This document shows positions 50,018 through 63,395 of a stretch of 64,000 nt of DNA, piece by piece. The stretch comes from Ginglymostoma cirratum (lineage: Eukaryota): NCBI GenBank assembly GCA_024137785.1, contig JAHRHZ010000098.1:38359231-38423230 (forward strand), read 5' to 3'. Positions within the stretch are counted from its first letter, which is position 1, and each line of letters opens with the position of its first letter. Below the pieces are notes generated by a model. It was not told the DNA's origin. It did no database searches and was given only the letters and a program-made list of their open reading frames with translations. Both the position numbers and the translations under genes were made by a program.

Positions 50018-50393
50018 TTTACAGCAAGTATTTTTGATTGAATGCCTCTTTTGCCATTCAGTTGAACTTTGGAAGTTTTAAAGAAAATCAAATTGAAAGT
50101 GAAAACTGAAACAAAACAATTTCACCCAGCAGTGTCTCCCTATCAAAACATCCAGATCAGCTCCCTTTTTGGATAAAAGAGTATATATATTACACAGTGT
50201 GGCACTGAGACACAAACAGCCAAAGTTAATGCCGACCTTTGCTGAGTCAGTTTATCTTTGTGAGTTGCAGATGGCACGGGTGATCATCAACTTGAAATAC
50301 TACTTCTGCTGACTCCTTCCAACCCCTGCTCCATAGCTACACTACACAGCAGCTGAATTTCAGGGAACTGTCCAAAAGATGTAATTTAGCACT

Positions 50394-50514
50394 AGGAGGC
50401 AGTAAAGACTGCAGATGCTGGAAGCCAGAGTTTATAAACGTGGAGCTGGACGAACACAGCAGGTCAGACAGCATCTGAGGAGCAGGAAAGTCAACATTTC
50501 GGGCCAAAACCCTC
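50394..50514 (-). mobile_element. Penelope-derived 121-bp insertion
   Basis: 7-bp TSD tagcact (50387-50393, 50515-50521); same family as 16387-16474 and 28983-29081; truncated within the hammerhead motif. Confidence 0.75.
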
Positions 50515-52637
50515 TAGCACTTTTAGTTGTGAAGAGTTGAAAAATTCATTCCCACTTGCTCTAACTCCAATTTTGGATTATTATGCCTTAAACTATTTCC
50601 TTCATGTCATATTATAAAATGGCAGGGGAAAACAATTAGTGTTTATACCAGCGATAGAAGTGGAAAATACACTCCAGTTTCAAATCAATAAGCATTATGG
50701 AATCTATTCAAGAAACACTGCTTTGGAATTTGTTCAAGGCTCAGATGTGGCATGAGTTTATATACTACTTGGAAATTGTTCTTAGGGTCTCCAAATCCCT
50801 TGAGCATATTACTGCCTCTCTCAGTCAATATTCTCTTTTTGAATGTTAGAGGACATTATTTACTACACAGTACTTGTGGGTTCATTTTACAACAGATGCA
50901 ATTTGATGATAAAGCTTTATGGACATTTCATGTTTAAGTCAGTTCTCAACTGCAATAAAATGTTAGCCTACACCTTGACTTCAAATCTGTCCATGTTGAG
51001 GATAAATTATTCACATCTTTTGATTGTGAAACAAATCATTAATCACACTATGACAACCAATTTCTACAAGATATCTGGCAAAATATTAGGAGGAGGTATT
51101 CATTCCAAAAAATAATGTGTGATATATTGCAGTACGTGAAACAGCGGGATCATTACTAATTTTTAAATGAGTCACAAACAGCAGATCTACACTTTATCCA
51201 GGTAATGCTTACAGTTAGCAAATGAGACAATATAGCAGACTACCTGTTCAAATAGTTGACCTCAATTTAAATTATAGACAATTTCAGGGTAATCAAAATT
51301 TGAAAGTCCGTTAAGTTATTTGGAAGAACCTTGACTAAGTCACAGTGTATTATCCAATTACGGTGATGAAATTAGTCTCTCCACTTGTGGCAATAAAGCC
51401 TAGTTTCAATTTAAGTTTCTATCTTTACTCTTTCACAAACTACTGCAAGGTTTCCAGAATTTAATGTACTAATATTTATTGAGTAGAGGAAAGATGGCTA
51501 ATTAAATACATTAAATTACTTTCCTGGCCTTCACTATACCTTCAGCCAAGGATCACAGAGATCTATCTAACACCTGCAATCTGGTATCAAAACAGTACTG
51601 GATAGTGAGGAAGCATGTCAATTCAAAATATTAATGTACGATCTCTCTTAGGTGCTCATAGCTCCTTCATTTCCTGTTTAACTTCAGATTTCCATTATTT
51701 ATTTTTCTTTTAAAATCTACACGGAAATCTTTAATTTGTTACCATGCTGCTGAATGTATGCCTGTCTCTGATAATGCATAGGGTAATGGAAGAGGACTAA
51801 AGAAGCGGTGCCAGTTGACAGCAGTAGGGGTTGCAGGGGAGGGAAGTAACCAGCCACGCAGCAGGCAGAATAGCTAGAAAGGGAGATAGGAAGTAAAGAA
51901 AGAGCAGAGTTTGTTTTCTTAAAAAATATCCTTTCACAAACTGTTTAGCTTATGTTTAGCTCTTTGTCTCTGTATTCATCTAGAGGCTGTGGCTACACTC
52001 TGTATTGCCCATCTTACAAAAAGGCCTATAGAAGTCAACACTTTATCTTTGGCTCTGTACATCTCTGGCCTTGATTCCATCAACCTCCTTAGCTGCCATG
52101 AAGTGCTGATGGGGAGGACCTGTGTACAGTATTCTGCTTGACCTAGAGATTGACTTAATCTTTTACAACTGTTTTGTCATTTAAGAATCTTATTTCTGTG
52201 TCTTCAATATCTCTTGGTTTCATCCTGACCCTCATCCATCTCCTTTAAACTCAAATTTTCCAGCAGTTTCCTTGATAGCTTTCTTGCACAACTTGAATTA
52301 TTCCAAATCAGCAAATTCTTAAATAAGGACAGAAAAATATAAAGTGCAAAAGAAAGCTAGCTAGAATATAAAAATAGTTTTCATAGAGATTTATGAAAGA
52401 AAACAGTTAACAAAAAGGGGTCTGGGGGATTAACAATTGAGAATTAGCAGATGTCTGATGATTTGAACAGGTATTTTGCATTGGTCTTCACTATAGAGGG
52501 GATACAAATAACATCCCAGAAATAGAAGTAAATGAAGAAATGAAAGGGAAGAAGAACTCAAGAAATTAACAGCAACCAATGTTATTGAGTAAATTATTGG
52601 AGTTGCAAGCTAACAAATCCTGTGAACTTATTCCTAA

Positions 52638-53410
52638 AGTCATAGACTGTACAGCATAGAAACAGACCCTTCAGTCTAACTTGTCCATGCCAACCAGAGA
52701 TCCTAAATAATTCTAGTCCCATTTGCCAGCATTTGGCCAATATCCCTCTAAACCCTTCCTATTCATATACCCATTCAGCTGCCTTTTAAATGTTGTAACT
52801 GTACTGGCCTCCACCACTTCCTCCGGCAGCTCATTCCATAAATTCATGACCCTCTGTGTGAAAAAGTTGCCCCGTGGGTCACTTTTAAATCTTTCCCCTA
52901 TCACCTTAAACCTATGCCCTCTAGTTTTGGACTTACCTCACCCCAGGGAAAAGACGTTGTCTATTTACCCTATCGATGCCCCTCATGATTTTATTAACCT
53001 CTATAAGGTCACCCTCTTAGCCTCTGATGCTCCAGGGAAAATAGCCCCAGCCTATTCAGCCTCTCCCCATAGCTCAAACCTTCCAACCCTGGCAACATCC
53101 TTGTAAATCTTTTCTGAACCCTTTCAACTTTCACAACATCCCTCCTACAGCAGGGAACCCAGAATCGCATGCAATATTCTGAAGGTGGCCTAACCAATAT
53201 CCTATATGGTCACAACATGACTTTCCAACTCCCATATTTAATGCACTGTCCAATAAAGGCAAGCATACCAAATGCCTTCTTCACCATCCTATCTACCTGC
53301 TTCCCCATTTTCAAGGAACTATGAACCTGAACTCCAAGGTCTCTTGTTCAGTAACATGCCCCAGGACCTTGCCGGTAAGTTTATAAGTCCTGTACTGATT
53401 TGCCTTTCCT
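52638..53410 (-). mobile_element. CR1 3' portion nested in older CR1
   Basis: ORFs VRPPSEYCMRFW..VERVQKRFTRMLPG and GERFKSDPRGNFFTQRV. Confidence 0.92.
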
Positions 53411-53840
53411 AGGATCTTCAAAGAAGTGGTTCATGAGATAGTTGATACATTGGTTATATTTCACAAATTCTCCATGATTTGGCCAAGGTTTCTATAGATT
53501 AGAAAATAGTTCATGTGGCTCCTTTATTCAAAAAAGGGAAACAAAAGCAAGAAACTATTGGCCAGTTAGCTATCATAGGGAAGATACCAGAAACTATTAT
53601 TAGAGATAATATATAGTAAGGCACTTAGAGAATTTCAAGATAATCAGACTGAGTCAGCATGGCTTTACGAAAGGAAAATCATGTTTAAGCAACTATTGGA
53701 GTTCTTTGAAGATGTAACCTGTGCTGTGGATAAAGGGGAACCTGTGGACATACTGTACTTAGATTTCCAAAGAGCATTTGCTAAAATACCACATCAAAGG
53801 TTATTTTAGAAAATAAGGGCTCATGGTATAAGGAGCATTG

Positions 53841-53958
53841 TGGGCTCTTGTCGTACAATTGGTAATGTCTCTATCTCTGAATCAGGAGGTCTGGGTTCAA
53901 GTCCAATCTGCTCCAGAGGTGTGTATAAACATCTTTGATGAGGCTAATTAGAAAATAT
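53841..53958 (+). mobile_element. SINE family A nested in CR1
   Basis: ggctcttgtcgtacaattggtaatgtctctatctctga...gggttcaagtcc...ttagaaaatat. Confidence 0.78.
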
Positions 53959-54362
53959 TGATATGGGACACGGAGATAAGACTGGCTAGTTAATCAGAAA
54001 CAGGGAGGGCCTAAATGGCTCATTTTCTGGTCAGCAAGATGTAATCAATGGCTTACACAGGGATCAGTGCTGGGGCCTCATTTAACGATTTTATAACTTA
54101 TATAATTGACCTGGGTGAAGGGACCAATGATATAGCTGTTAAATTTGCTGATGGCAAAATTAGATAGGAAAGTGAGTTGTGAAGAGAACAACAGGAGACT
54201 ACTAAGGGATATAGATAGGATAAATGAGTGGCAAAGTTTTGGCAAATGGAGCTTAACACGGGAATATTTGAAATTATCCACTTGGCAAGAGCAATAAAAA
54301 ATAACTATCTAAATGTTGAGAGACTGCATAGCTCCAAACTGCAGAGGGATCTGGATGTCCTA

Positions 54363-55085
54363 GTCATAGAATGCTGGAGTCATGCAGCGCAATTCGGTCC
54401 AACCAGTCCATGCCAAACATAATCCCAAACTAAACTAGTCCTACCCACCTGCACCCAGCCCATATCCCTCCAAAACTTTCCTATTCAGGTACCTACCCAA
54501 ATGTCTTTTAAACTTTGCACCCACATCCACCACTTCCTCAGGAAGTTCATTCCACACGTGAACCACCCTCCATGTAAAAAATCTGCCTCTCATGTCTTTT
54601 CTAAATCTCCTCTCACCTTAAAAATGTGTCCCCTCGTCTTGAAACCCCTATCCTAGGGAAAAGACAACAATCATTAACTCTATTTATACCCCTCATTATT
54701 TTATAAACTTTTATCAGGTCACCGCTCAACCTTCCACGCTCCAGTGAAAGAAATCCCAGCCTGTCCAACCTGTCTTTATAATTCAAACCTTCCATACCCA
54801 GCAACATCCTGGCAAATCTCTTCTGATCCCCCTCCAGCTTGACAATATCCTTCCTATAATTGGGCAACCAGAACTAGACACAGTATTCCAGGAGAGACCT
54901 CACCAATGTCCTGTACAACCTCAACATAATGTTCCAACTCCTATTACTCAAAGGATCGAGCAGTGAAGGCAAGTGTGCCAAGCGCCTTTTTAACAATGCT
55001 GTCTGAAGGTGATGCAAACTTCAAAGAACTGTGTACCTGCACCCCTAGGTCCTTCTGTTCTACAACACTATCCAAAGACCTACCT
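54363..55085 (-). mobile_element. CR1 3' portion nested in older CR1
   Basis: ORF PNYRKDIVKLEGDQKRFARML..GDLIKVYKIMRG plus 3' UTR. Confidence 0.92.
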
Positions 55086-55789
55086 GCAGGTACAACACGA
55101 AATTATGAAAGCTAATAGAATTCTACTGTCTATTGTGAGGGAATGAAATACAAAAGCTCTGCAGGGTATTGGTTTCACCAAATCTAGAGTACTCTACAGT
55201 ACTGATTTTCTTATTTAAAAGGGGATGTAAATGAATTGCAAGCAGCTCAGAGAAGATTTACGAGAATAACATCTAGAAAGAGTGGCTTGTATTAGGAGGA
55301 AAGCATGGACAAGTTATGCTTGTATCTGCTGGAGTTATAAAAGTGAGAGGTGACTTGATTGAAATATATACGAGGGGTTTTGAATGGGTGCAAGAAAGTC
55401 TGTCTCACAGAAGGAAACATTCTAGATCTAAAGCTCATTGTTTAAAAATAAGTCGTCCATTTAAGATATAGATGAGAAGCATTTTCTCATAGAACATGGT
55501 GAATCTTTGGAATTCTCTCCCTCAACAGGCAATGGAAGCAGAGTCCTTCAATCTTAAAGCAGAGATAAATAGGTTCCTAATAATCAAGGGAGTGAACATT
55601 TATCATAGGTAGGTGGGACTGTGAAATAATAAGATCGGACATGATCTCACTGAAATGCAGAGCAGGCTCAAGAGGCCTATGACTGCTCCTAACTTGAATG
55701 TTAATATGTATCTACATCCAAAGACGCTACAGCAGTAATTCTCACATGTATGTTGATGTTACCCAGCTGTTCCTCTCCTGACCCCTCCA

Positions 55790-56490
55790 TTCTCTCTAAA
55801 TTCCAGACTCCATTTCCAATGTCTAGAACTGGATGAATAGAATTTTCCATCGCTTAACTTTTGGGAAGGCTGAAGCCATTACCTTCAGTCCTGCCTCAAA
55901 CTTTGTTCCTATTCTTGGTAATTGTCTGATGGTGAACTAGACTGTTTGCTTGTGGCCTTAAGCTGCTCTCAGAACTGCTCCCAACCGTTATTTCCACCTC
56001 TATAACAGCAGTCCATGTAGCTTGCTTTATCTCGCAGGAAAAGAATAGTTAGGAGCTGTATTAGGTCAGTGAGCCTCTCGAATCTTCCGTGTAAGACTAC
56101 AAACAAGCTTCTACTTTAGCTGCAACCCCTTGCATTGGTCCCTACATTGTCCGCTTTTCTTAGTAACTAAAAGTCTATTGGTCTGTTCGTTTGACTATAT
56201 TCAACAACACAGAACTCACAGCCCTTTGAGCAAACTGTACACCTCCACCTTCAATGTTAATTGATCTGCCACAGGTACCAGTGCTGTCAGCTGGAAAGGC
56301 CCGAAGCTCTGGAATTCCCTCAATAACCTTTGTGCGGGTTTTTATCTTTGTGCTGTTTTTATCTTTAAGGTAGTTTGACCAGTTTTTTGTGCTTATGTGG
56401 TATGCTTAGGCTGTGTTATGCTGTGCTTATGTGGTCAAATTTTGATGGATTACATTTCTATAAAGCAACTTGAAACTTTTTACTGTGTTA
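55790..56490 (+). mobile_element. L2-type relics (mixed with other decayed repeats)
   Basis: WMNRIF..LNxGKAE-like motif at ~55830, and aagctctggaattccctc plus a 3' end at ~56300-56490. Confidence 0.4.
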
Positions 56491-59029
56491 AAAGTCACGA
56501 CTACCAACAATTCTCTAGCATGGAAACACACTGACAATCTTTTAACAGACACATTCATTTGACTATATCTTCAATGCAATAATAAGATTGCAATAAAATC
56601 AATACACTTATCATGTTTAATGTCATCAAAGGTCTCTCTGCAAACATATGTTCAATTTGTATTGTGGAAGCACTGCAAAAATTGGATAGGTTGCTGTCCT
56701 GAATATTTATAACTAACTTTCACTTTCAATATATACATTCCTTCCAGAGTTGTTGAAAGGACTGTTGGGCAATTTTTAACCTTGATAATTGCAAAATTTT
56801 AAGAGTAAAATTTTCAAAGGCATATACAGTTCCTGCACACAAATCATTTTTTGTCTGCGTAGATCTGTATTCTAATCCAAGTTCAAAATTCAAATCTGCC
56901 CTTGATGGATGAGATGTTATGTTATCAAATCTGATGTTAAGGTTTATTTTAAGGTTAAGGTGGCATAATTCTAAATCAGCATTTTGGATTTCTGAGGGAA
57001 AGTTAAGTGGCCCTGCTCTGGCTATGCTGCATTCTCAACCTTGACTGAAACAGATGCATGCGCAGTAGTTTTTTAAACTCACTGAGTGGTTGTGATAGTA
57101 AACAAGTTGGCAAAAAAAGTTGGTTCAATGCACTGAGGGGAAAGGATGTGTTGGTGCGATATGTAGATTAGTCTGTTGTGGGAAGCTAGGGAACTGATTC
57201 AATGACAACTCCAATGATAAGCCACATTGACATCTGCTCAAAGACGCAGTGATATGAACCAAGGTTTCAGCTTATCTTATTTACATCAGTTCAACTGGCC
57301 TAAACTGCAAATTTCACCGAATTTTGGGTGTGTGATCCGATAAAGGAATGAAACTATTCTAATTCAAAAAAGGAAAAGAATCGGTCACTTGTCTTTGCCA
57401 CAAAATACGAGAAATGAACCATCCATTTACAACAGTTTCTGGAATGCCTGACTGAACAACAATTCTTCATACAAAATGATCACATTGATTTCGAACTTTT
57501 GTGAACAGACATTATCCACTTTGTTGCTGGTAATGTAGACGCATCTGTAAGTCAGAATGTACTTATTATGTACAAGTACACACACATGTACCTTTCATCT
57601 CAGATAATTGTCAGGACCAACCAAAAGAAAAGATGGGGAGGGTGTGGGGGAAGAAAACTGGCCAAGGTTCTATCTTGAATCCAATGCATGTACAGCTCTA
57701 CCCAATTAGCTTCCATCAGCAGTACGGCAGCCCTGGGACATTTTTGTAGTTACCTGCAAATCATTTCAAATGCAGTCTCACTTTCTTCCTTTCTAGAATT
57801 CGTTATCTGGAGCAATTGATTTTTTTGACAGCAGAGGTTAGGCATCTCTCATTTTAAAGTGGGAAAAAGGGTTAATATATAATTAGTGCTTCAAGCATTT
57901 CTGCGCTTAAACACTGAAGTGGGATAAATAGCAACATAATTGTGCTTAAAAGTCAATGTTTATTGTTAAGGAGGAAGTGGAAAGAGGTGAGCTGATTCTA
58001 GGAAGCCATTATCTTCTAAATTACATTTACACCATTATAATTAACACCATCGAATATCTTGCCAAGAAAATACACTATTAATACGTGCCAAGCAGATGAC
58101 CAAGGGATTCTAATGCACCTCAGTATTTTATGGAAAGGCTTTTCTTGTTTTCATTTTCAACCAAAGTAAGATTCAGCCTCCAATTTCAGTTAGCCCACAA
58201 TTTAGCAATTGCATTTACTTTGCCCCACTTCCACACACAGGATTTACAAAAACATAATTATAAAGCCTATGTTGCATGCATACACTTGATCATCTCACTA
58301 TATGACAAACTGCTGTCTAAACTGCTCAATTACATTGCAACAATCACTTGTAATGGAACTCCATTACTTATAACTTTATTAGTCCCATAAACTCTTAATA
58401 CTGTCATTTCAGTATTCTGTATAACTGAAGCTCACAGCTTGACTCACTCACTAACAGAATAAGTTATCTTATTTTGGCAATGAAACACATCAGCAAACTG
58501 TGGGGGAACTAAAATTCTTCTTTGATTCAAGCAAATGCGCCCTTAGACACAATAACATTAAAAGCAATGTTGATGAATTAAACTCTCAATCGCAGCCCTG
58601 TGTTGTTATTTCTATGCTACTGAGAACAGAATTAAAATTATCAGCACTGGTCCAAATGGATTTGCTCTCATTCAGCATCTTGCTTCAGAGAATATGTCTG
58701 CAAATTGGTTTTAAATTAAAGGAGGCTGAAGGTATTGTGCCTTCTCAGCATTTTCCCCAGGTGCACTTGATCTAATTTCATTAAGGATATCAGGGCAGAT
58801 GATCACTTGTGTAGAAACATTAAATCTGTCCATTTTGAATAAAACCATTAAGTCTGTCAATGTGTCAGTGGGTAAGCTGTTTATTATTTGAGATGGGAGC
58901 TGGTCTTAGATTCCCAATAATCTGTCAAGAATAGTCAACCACAAATTAAGCCTGCTGCCAAAGAACGCAGCTACGATTCTATGCTAACATGAAAATATTT
59001 GTGTAAAACCTAAATTCTAACAAAAGTTT

Positions 59030-60780
59030 CTTCAGATATTCAAAATGAGTTAACAAAGTAAGTGTTGGTCCTATAGAAAATTAGTCTGGAGAACTGGTAA
59101 TGGAGGATAAAGAGATGACAAACAAATTCAATAGATATTTTGTGTCAGTCTTCACTAGAGAGGAAATGAAATTGAAAGGGAGGGAAGAACTCAAGAAAAT
59201 TACAAATACCAGGGAAGTAGTACTGAGTTAAATTGTTGGAACTGCCAGTTGTCAAGTTCATTGGTCCTGATGGCTTTTATCTGAAGGTCTTAAAAGAAGG
59301 AGCTAGTGAGATAGTTGAAATGTTGGTTTTAATTATCCAAAACACATTAGCTTCTGGAAGGTTCCTTTAGATCAGAAAATAGTTAACGTAACTCCTTTAT
59401 TCAAAAAGGGGTGGAGGTAGAATGCAGGAAACTACAGGCCAGTTAGCCTAACAATTGCTATGGGAAAACATTAGAAGCTATTAACAATGTTACAGCAGAG
59501 CACTTGGATAAGTTCAAGGTAATCAGGCAGAACCAAAATGGTTTTGTCAAGGGGAAATCATGTTTAACTAATTAATTGAAGCTCTTTGAAGAAGTAACTT
59601 GCACTGGGGTAAAGGAGAACCAGTCAACATTTTGTACTTAAATTTTCAGAAGGCTTTTGATTAGGTGCCACACCAAAACTTACAGTGGAAAATAAAATCT
59701 CATGGTGTAGGGGTAATACAGTGGCATGGCTGGAAGAGTAGCCATGGCAGAACAGGAAGCAGACAACAGAAATAAATGGATCTTTTTCAGGTTAGCCAGA
59801 TGTCACCAGCTTGTGCCACAGGAGTCAGCGCTCAACCTCAACTCTTTACAATTTTTATAAATGATCTGGATGAAGAGACCAAAGGTGTGGTGGATAACTT
59901 TACTGATGATACAAACATATGTAGGAAAGTGATTTGTGAAGAGGACATAGGAACACTACAAAGGGATATAGATAGTTTAAGTGAGCAGGTAAAAATCAGG
60001 TAAATAGAGTACAATATGGGAAAGAGTGAAAGAAGGAACAAAATAAAACATATTATTTAAACAGAGAAAGGTTGCAGAGGTCTGAGCAGCAGAGAGATTT
60101 GGGTGTTCTAGTGCAGGAATTTCAGAAGGTAATTAAATGCAGCAAGTAATCAGGAAAGATGGTAGAACACTGTTTTATTGCAAGGAGAATTACATGCAAG
60201 AGTATGGAGATTATGCTTCAGTTATACAGGGCACTGGTGAGATTGTAACTGAAGTAATGTACTGGTCATTATACTTACAGAAGCATGTTAATGCATTAGA
60301 AGCAGTTCAGAGAAGGTTCTCTTGATTAAACCTAGAATGAGCTGTTTGCCTTATGAGGCAATGCTAGGCAGGCTAGGTCTGTAATCTCTGGAGTTTAGAA
60401 CAGTCAGAGGTGACTTAACCAAAATATACAAGATCCTGAGGGGACTTGGCCAGGTGAATGTGGAAAGAAGTTTCCTCTTGTGAAAGAGTGTAGAACTAGG
60501 GGTCATAGTTTAAAAGTAAGGTATTGTCCATTTAAGACAGAGATGAGGAAAACAAACTTCTCTCAGAGTTCTGAGTCTTTGGAATTCCCTTCATCGAGAA
60601 GCAATGGATGCAGAATCTTTAACTATTTTTAAGGCAGGGGTAGATAAATACTCGATTACCAAGGGGATGAAATATTATCAGGATATGAAGGAATGTAAAA
60701 TCAGATCAGCCATGATGTTATTGAATGGTGGAGCAGGCTTGAAGAGAGCTGAGTGGCCTTCTATTTCCCCTGTTCATGTA
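59030..60780 (+). mobile_element. Old CR1 LINE (RT to 3' UTR)
   Basis: NVTPLFKKG, GNYRPVSL, QNGFVKGKSCLTN, FQKAFD, FINDLDE..FTDDT, ALEAVQRRF, then the 3' UTR; many stops. Confidence 0.9.
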
Positions 60781-63109
60781 TATTCTAAACCAGAACGCTT
60801 GATTTGCAGATCTGTGTAATCTTTCAGTTTGAACATGCATTCAGGGGAGGAAAAACAAATTCCCCTCGTTAGACTAAAAAATACATATTAAATGAACTGA
60901 GTTAACAACGCTACAACTTCATTCCTTGTTGTTTTATTTTGTTCTTATTGCAGCATATTCAGTGACATGAACGCTGGCTATAGACAAGTATCCCAATTGT
61001 ATTCTAAACATAAATTAAAAACATTCAACATTTCAAACATCTTTCAAATATTTTGCTAACAAAACTACAGCCAGTTGCAAAATCAAGGCCAAATTATTGA
61101 GCTCATCTATCTGTGTCGCCGCTTAAGTTTCACCCGCCTCTCCTGCAGACATTTAAGAATTACTAACATGCAGTTTCACAGGCATTAGTGGTAGTATGGT
61201 GCGTGATTCAAGATATCGTTCTTCATGTGATTTCTGTGTGACCGTTATCAACCACACAGTGCGTGGCAACTAAACCTCACATTCAATGTCCACTTTCACT
61301 TTCTTACTGAAGTGAACATATTGAGATCATCTTTCTCTTGTCTACTTTGGTAAAAAGGTCAACTGCAATTCCATTTGTGACTAGCTAAACCAGAGTCTTT
61401 CCAGGCTCTATCAGACAATGCAGTTACTGCTCAATGATGATCAAACATAACTGCCAACATATTTATTCTGCAGATGATTCATTTAGTAATAACTATCAAA
61501 ACAATTTGCTATTTGCATAACCTTTACTTCTGAAATATCACTCCTTTCATATCTACATATTAATGTGCAAATTAATGTAGATCTGTCGTGATGTGACACA
61601 CTTGAAATTCTTCCTTGTAACATTTTTTTTTCCAGGTCATTGCTTCATTTCACTTTTCTCTTTGGTCATCAAGAAGAGGGATATTAGTGCTGGAGAATGC
61701 CCAGTGTCAGCAGCAAGCACCATCAGTATGATATAGCATAGCTACATACAGAATAGAGTTCTATGTCCTCTGCCTCAAATTGACATTCTTTTCTATTGTG
61801 ACATTTAAGAAACATTATCGATTAGCTGAATGAGTGACAGGCAAGATTTTGCAGCTTTTATCATCCACAGGTTACATTGTTTACATTTTGAGAATATCAA
61901 GATAAAATCTTATTGTATATTCCTACTTATCCTTGATTTTCATGTCACATCAAAAGGGCTGAATATTTCAAAGTTCCACTTTTTCCACTGGCATCATTCA
62001 GTACCAGCTATACCACTTGCATTTAATGATTATGAATGAGCACAGCTCAAACAGATGACTTGATAATAAACAAACCGTCGAATCATCAACCTCAGAAAAC
62101 ACATTCATGTGTTACTTCATCACTGATGTCAACAGTGAGACTCTGGATAATGTATTGGATAATGGCAGTGTTGCAGATTGGTGAATTGTGGGTTGTATCT
62201 GTCTATGCGTTGACTTTCCATTCTGACCTACACTGCTGTGCAAGGATTCTGGGTACAAACTTCCAGACTACAAATCATCTGAATTCCCATAACAGTGATG
62301 CACCTGTACTATTACATTATTTCCCCACTCACAATTACTTCAGTGCACATTATATCCGGAAAGCAACCTTAAATCAATAGCATTACCAGAACTCTGAGTG
62401 GAGGACAAGAGATAATACAGAAATAACTTAATGGGCTGAATCTTCCCTTTTTTTTAAGCTAAGGTGAGTTGCTTGTAGTTTGGTGGAGTGATTCACACAA
62501 TGTGCCCGTCCCCTCCTAAAATTCTCACATGCCACCGCCTTGCAATTCTCACCTTTTAAATTCTTGCACACCCACCCAACACACTCACCTAAACACTTTC
62601 ACACTACCTTCCCACCACTCAACACTTTCACACCATCACCATCTCCCCACCAACACATTCGCACTGACCCACCCCTTACACCACGCTCCCCACGCACCTC
62701 CCCAACACAGCCATATTGTACTGTGACTATCCAGGTAGGCTCAGAGTCAGCAAGTGGGCAGAGAGTCGAGAGATGCAACCAGGTCCAGCCCCGAGCTGGG
62801 TGCATGTCCCTGAGTACACAGTGTCCTTCATAGCTGCCAGTGCAGCCTGAGGTGCACAATGAAGTGCAGAAGCGTCCTGTAAGTGGATCAGAGATGTACC
62901 ACGGGGGTTCTTAGAGGGGTATCTGTGGATTGTGCTCACAGAAAGTGCTAAGATGTTGGTGTCTAGTAAGGAGGTGGAGGTCTTTTGGCAACCCACCAAG
63001 AACGCACTCCGGGTTCTGTGTTGAGTTTTCCCGATAGCTGGTTTGCATGACAAGTTTGGAACGATTGCAAACTGTGAGAGTTCAAAACAGAGAGGGGAAT
63101 TCTCATAAA

Positions 63110-63395
63110 AAATCTATAAAACAAGGCAAAATAGATGCAGCAAGGATGCTCCTGATGACAGGGGAGTCAAGAACAAGGGTCCAAGTCTAAGGATATGGGG
63201 TAAGCTGTTTAGGATTGAAATTTATTTCATCCAGCGAGTGGTGCGCCTCTGGAATTTGCAACCACAGAAAGAGTTGAGGTCAAAATATTTCATGATTTCA
63301 AGGAAGAGTTGGATGTAGCACTTGGGACTAAACAGTTCAAAAGATATAGAAGAGAAGGGGAACAGGCCTACTCCAGCTCCCATTTTCTTTGTTTC
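63110..63395 (+). mobile_element. CR1 3' fragment
   Basis: ggggagtcaagaacaaggg..ttcatccagcgagtggtgcgcctctggaat..ggcctactccagctcc. Confidence 0.7.

Larger units (their letters stand above)
52310..55700 (+). mobile_element. Old CR1 LINE hosting three nested insertions
   Basis: LNRYFALVFT, PLFKKG, NYWPVS, QHGFTKGKSC, YLDFQRAF, QGSVLGP, KFAD and WQMELN relics and a 3' UTR; same subfamily as 59030-60780. Confidence 0.85.

Noticed and set aside
49628-50081. Repetitive 137-aa and 128-aa ORFs as proteins
   Set aside because: They are a by-product of a 63-bp GC-rich minisatellite, with no splice or homology support.
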